A stretch of 64,000 nucleotides of DNA from Azolla caroliniana (taxonomy: Eukaryota > Plantae > Polypodiophyta). The position numbers and the translations under genes were made by a program. Below are positions 59,557 to 64,000 of this stretch, one piece after another (positions within the stretch are counted from its first letter, which is position 1; the number at the start of each line of letters is the position of its first letter). A model generated the notes under the pieces. It was not told the origin of the DNA. It made no database searches and saw only the letters and a program-made list of their open reading frames with translations. The stretch is taken from contig JBHGNT010000002.1 of assembly GCA_043228905.1 (NCBI GenBank), positions 7,378,001 through 7,442,000 on the forward strand, given 5' to 3'.

Positions 59557-60029
59557 AGAGGAAGGGAGATCGAGAGGGCATACGAGACAAGAGGGTTCGG
59601 GCTTTGGAAGAGATATTTTTGAAATGTCCGCCGAGTCCTTATGGGCGAGCGGGGCCCGGCCAGGAGGCCCATCTTATCCTGTCACGGTTAAGGGGCAAGG
59701 GTGTGTCATTGGTCACGTGGGCTTCCATGTCCTGTTCTGCCTTTCCCTTCCTTTGATCCCAATGATTTTACAGACAAACCAGACACACACACACACACAC
59801 ATACAGACAGGAAAAGGAGCTTCATCATCACCCCAATCATCTCCCTCATCCTCATCGCTTCTAAATCTTGCTCCATGGAAGAGATTTCTACCTTTACCTC
59901 CTCATCACTGCTTGCCATGGATGTGATCTCCACTGCCATGGCTCTTCACATCACCACCTAGTCCTCCCCTTCCCCATTATCTCCATCCAAATTCCCTACC
60001 TCCTGCTTTAGGTCTCTTTGGGAGTTCCC

Positions 60030-62427
60030 ATGGAGTTCCACAAACCCTACTCCTCTCCTTCCCCTCCTTCCAGCTCTGCCCCTGCAAACACCATCCATAC
60101 TCTCGAGAAAAGACCTCCCTACGATGTGTTGTCGGGTGTGCCGCCCCTTCCTCGAGACTCCCGCGGATCCCTCGAAGTCTTCAATCCGGGCCTCATTGCC
60201 CCTGCTGATGAGTATAACAAGAAGACTGCTAATTTGAGTCCAGTTGCTGCAGTTCTTCTCCCTGATTCAGGGGCTACTTCTGAAAGAGCAGCTGAATGGG
60301 GACTTGTGATGAAGGACGATGGGAAGAGGCCCACTGTGGCAACTCGAGGATCAGGGGAATTAGAGAAGCGATCCAGTAGCATGCAACAGAGGAGTTCCGG
60401 GACGTCGGTACAGTCAGATGGATCCGACACTGTCAGCGGGACTTCCTATGTCCCCCGCGTATCCAAGGATCTTAAGGATGCCCTCGAGACATTCCAGCAG
60501 ACGTTCGTAGTCTCAGATGCGACACGGCCTGATTGCCCCATTCTGTATGCGAGCGCCGGCTTCTTCAAGATGACTGGGTACAGCTCCAAAGAAGTAATTG
60601 GCAGAAACTGGTAAATTTTGAACCTTAGTAATCTATATGGTTCGAATTGTTATGTTAAACAAGCATCTTCTTGATGTGATTGGAATCCTCCGCTACTCTA
60701 TGCACAGTGTGTGTATAAGGTTAGTGACACTCTGGAGAAAATAAGTAGTTTGTGAATGTTAATCAGGATAGAGAGCTGAGAACCTATATTAGAAGAGAAC
60801 CACGTGGGAAATATATGGTCATCAATTCCTAATAATTGTCATGGATCAGCAAGCTGATGATCAATATATTCATATACACTATTTCAGACGTGATTTCGTT
60901 GATCTGTGCATTCTATACACACAACATCACGTTAAAAAAATGGATGCCAGGTTTCTGTCATTCTTCATGTAGGAGTAAGCCATTGAGGATAATTTTGTAT
61001 TGCTGAACATGGTTAATATTCAATCGAATTTCCTGGTTTCACTAGTGGGGAAGCCTGTTCTAGCTTTCTATGGCAATGTTTTGGAACAGGAAACTGCATC
61101 TCTAGACGTTGGTGCCATTAGATATATGTGTGCTTTTAGAAATGAATGCTGTTGTCATGGCGCAGTTCCCTTATTTTTTTGTGTTTTGATTTTTCTTCTA
61201 TTTGGTAGCCGATTTATGCAGGGGCCTGATACAGATCCAGAAGATGTAGCTAAGATACGGGAAGCTGTTGCCCAAGGTAAAAATTACTGTGGTCGTTTGC
61301 TTAACTACAAGAAAGATGGAACAGCTTTCTGGAATCTCTTGACCATAGCACCGATCAAGGATGAAGATGGAAAAGTTCTTAAGTTCATTGGGTAAGATCT
61401 ATCAAACTATTATATTAGAATACCAGTGACTGTCCAGATGTTTTTTCTTACACTCCTTGATCTTGCAGGATGCAGGTAGAGGTCAGCAAGCACACTGAAG
61501 GGCACAAAGTTAAGGCATTGAGGCCAAATGGCCTGCCAGAGTCTCTTATTAAATACGATGGTGAATATAGTCTCATACACTCTCATACATTCCGAAGAAG
61601 TGTCTGTGTTCAAGTGATTACATTTCAGTCATTAGATGTAATCCCATCAGTTCAGGAATCTCTGTTGACACGCCCTATTATTCTTTTGGGTGCTATTTAC
61701 AGCTCGTCAAAAGGATAGGGCTGCGATGGAGGTCACGGAGCTCGTGCATGCTGTAAAGCATCCTCATCCTCATGCAAATGTTCAATCCTCTCAGCCAGCA
61801 CCTGCTAGAGCAAGCAGTACAGTTGGGGAGGCAAGTGTGCCATTTGGTAAGTACAAGAAATCAACTGACCAGCGGGGATCCCAGACGATACCTAGGTCCG
61901 AACAGTTTACAGGTGAAGGCCTGCCAAAAAGACACCGTTCATCCGGATTTCGTTCGTTCATGGGGTAATTCAGCAATAATAACAACCTAGAAGCATATAG
62001 ATTAATATATGCTTAAACACACTTAGATATTGCACATTCTGTACAGGTTAGACAAATTTGGTCCTAAACCTAGCCAGCCTGAACCAGTCGAGGTAATTGA
62101 ACCAGAGCTTCTGATGACAAGAGATGATGAGAGACATGACAGTTTGGATGAGTTAGATGACAAGGAACGTTTCCTGGAGATTCGAAGGGGCATTGATCTT
62201 GCTACTACGCTTGAACGAATTGAGAAGAATTTTGTCATCACTGATCCAAGACTCCCTGACAACCCCATTGTAAGCAACACTGACCCTGACTGTCAAATGA
62301 CAATCTGCTTGTTTGTATCTGGAATGTTTGTAATAAGAATCTGAGGTACATGACAGATTTTCGCTTCCGACAGCTTTCTGGAGCTTACTGAATATAGCAG
62401 AGAGGAGATCATTGGGAGAAATTGCAG
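60030..62427 (+). CDS. PHOT: Phototropin, 5' part (LOV1, linker, start of LOV2); exons 60030-60610, 61209-61391, 61469-61561, 61703-61964, 62047-62269, 62357-62427; continues beyond the window
   Basis: [25 protein letters not shown]1 [34 protein letters not shown]|[24 protein letters not shown]; PHOT1 vs PHOT2 not resolved. Confidence 0.96.
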
Positions 62428-64000
62428 GTCAGTAATGGATTCAGGCCTACAAACATTCATTTTGATACATTTACATGCATTGGCCTGGGGCACTCAACTC
62501 TAGATTTGCTTTGACTTCCATTCTGGTTTTTCTTTGAGCGTTTAATACCCGTCATTTATATGCTCACAAGCAAAGATGAAATATCCCATAAAGCTGCAGT
62601 ATTTCTCTACTGCAACCTTTACCAACTGTTAATGTATCAATTAATTTATCCCTGGATATCAGAATGCTGATGCATGTACATCATGGAATGGGAATTCTAC
62701 ATGGTCTCCAGTATGAAGCAAGAATTGAAGCCATGGGATCAAACGTACAAAACTTATTCCACTCAAAAGGAAAATCTCAATAGGGCAATTAATAGGATTA
62801 GTAGTCAATGATAATAGCATTGAACTAAAGTCTTTGTCGACCCAAGTTTTCCTCATAGTTGGTGGAAAGAGATTCTAATTTGACATGAGTTGATGCTGAC
62901 ACTGACAATGAATAATTCCTTCATACCCTGTGCTTGCATGCATTTTTTTTCAGCCATATTTCAAGATTATTAACTAAACTGTAGCCATTGAAAACATGCT
63001 TTCTATCTCAAAAAGGAATATGTTGAAACAATCAAAATAGATGGAAGCATTTTAACACTCCTGGAAGCCAAAAGAAGACATGGATTGGGCATGAACCTGT
63101 GCCTAAATACAACTTATGCAGACCTTTTCTATATATTGGTTACCTCCTTATTTATCTGGATTTAAGATTATCATATAAAGCAAACAGGAAGTGACCCCGC
63201 ACCCCGGTTCCAATCCACAATCTATTGGAACAAGCCTGAAAACAAGAATCCAAGGTAATCAAGATCTCCAATCAATGCATTCATCACATCTGTTTATAAT
63301 AGGCAGGTCTTCCATGGAGATGCTTCATACGGTGATTATTTCAAGTGATGGGTAAATGTCTCATTGGAGTGTATCCTAGGATGATGTAATGCATGGCTCT
63401 TGGCCAGTCCCAAAGGTACCATCGTTTTGTAATTCATCTTGACATGACAGGTCACAGCGAACACTAAAACAATTATGGTGTGGCCACCAATTTCCACGTG
63501 TTATCTCATGATCACGTGCATTGTGCACCTCCAAGGCCTCAATTGGAGTCCGTTGGTTCTGACACTCCAAGGCCTCCTTTCTGCATCTTGAAGCCCCTTC
63601 GAATGTGCTGTATGTATCTTGTTTCAGCTGAAAGGATAATTTTGAGCAAGATTATGGAGTTTAGGAAATATCTAAACATACGTAAGGAGATTATACTAAA
63701 AAGTGACAAACTTGGATAACAATATTTATCGGGCAAGACAAATCCAACTATTGGGCTTAGCTTTGTGGTTACAAGAACATGCAATTTCTATTCCTCATAT
63801 ATGAGGGTGTCATTTCTCCATAAGAGTTTTTCAGAAGTATCTGCCATTCAGAATCCTTGAAGAAGCAGTAGAATATGAAATTCAAGCTGATTTTATGTAT
63901 ATGAATCATTACTGCTACTGCTGATGCAATGTCTGGCAACTGAATGATGTCCAAGAAGTAGAAGATGATATGGGAATCAATATAAGATATATATGAAGCC

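Noticed and set aside
60030-62427. Neochrome (phytochrome-phototropin chimera)
   Set aside because: No phytochrome PAS-GAF-PHY region upstream, and the gene has ordinary phototropin introns.

Overview
Eukaryotic land-plant nuclear DNA, most likely a fern or other seed-free plant (inferred from the TE lineages and gene types, not proven). The first ~41 kb is one decayed minus-strand LINE split by three insertions into four collinear pieces. The insertions are (1) a solo LTR (1540-2128); (2) a 30.5-kb nest: chromodomain Ty3/gypsy A (2445-32908) > deleted Ty1/copia B (5831-31766) > solo LTR C, gypsy F, solo LTR D (holding intact copia G), copia E and a second LINE; and (3) an unclassified TIR element (33019-39926) holding a hAT transposon (34076-39180). 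Most junctions resolve to the base with TSDs. The last ~23 kb is genic: TOM7, an orphan PHD exon, an acyl-protein thioesterase pseudogene, an intronless GDSL lipase, a TPD1-like gene and the 5' part of a phototropin. Top observations: tRNA-derived A-box/B-box modules upstream of the TATA box in three different LTR families; a complete -1 frameshift cassette (GGATTTT + stem + pseudoknot) after the protease in a tRNA-Trp-primed gypsy lineage; and two young sister copia elements forming a ~5.4-kb-arm inverted repeat. All alignments were done by eye; no database searches were run.
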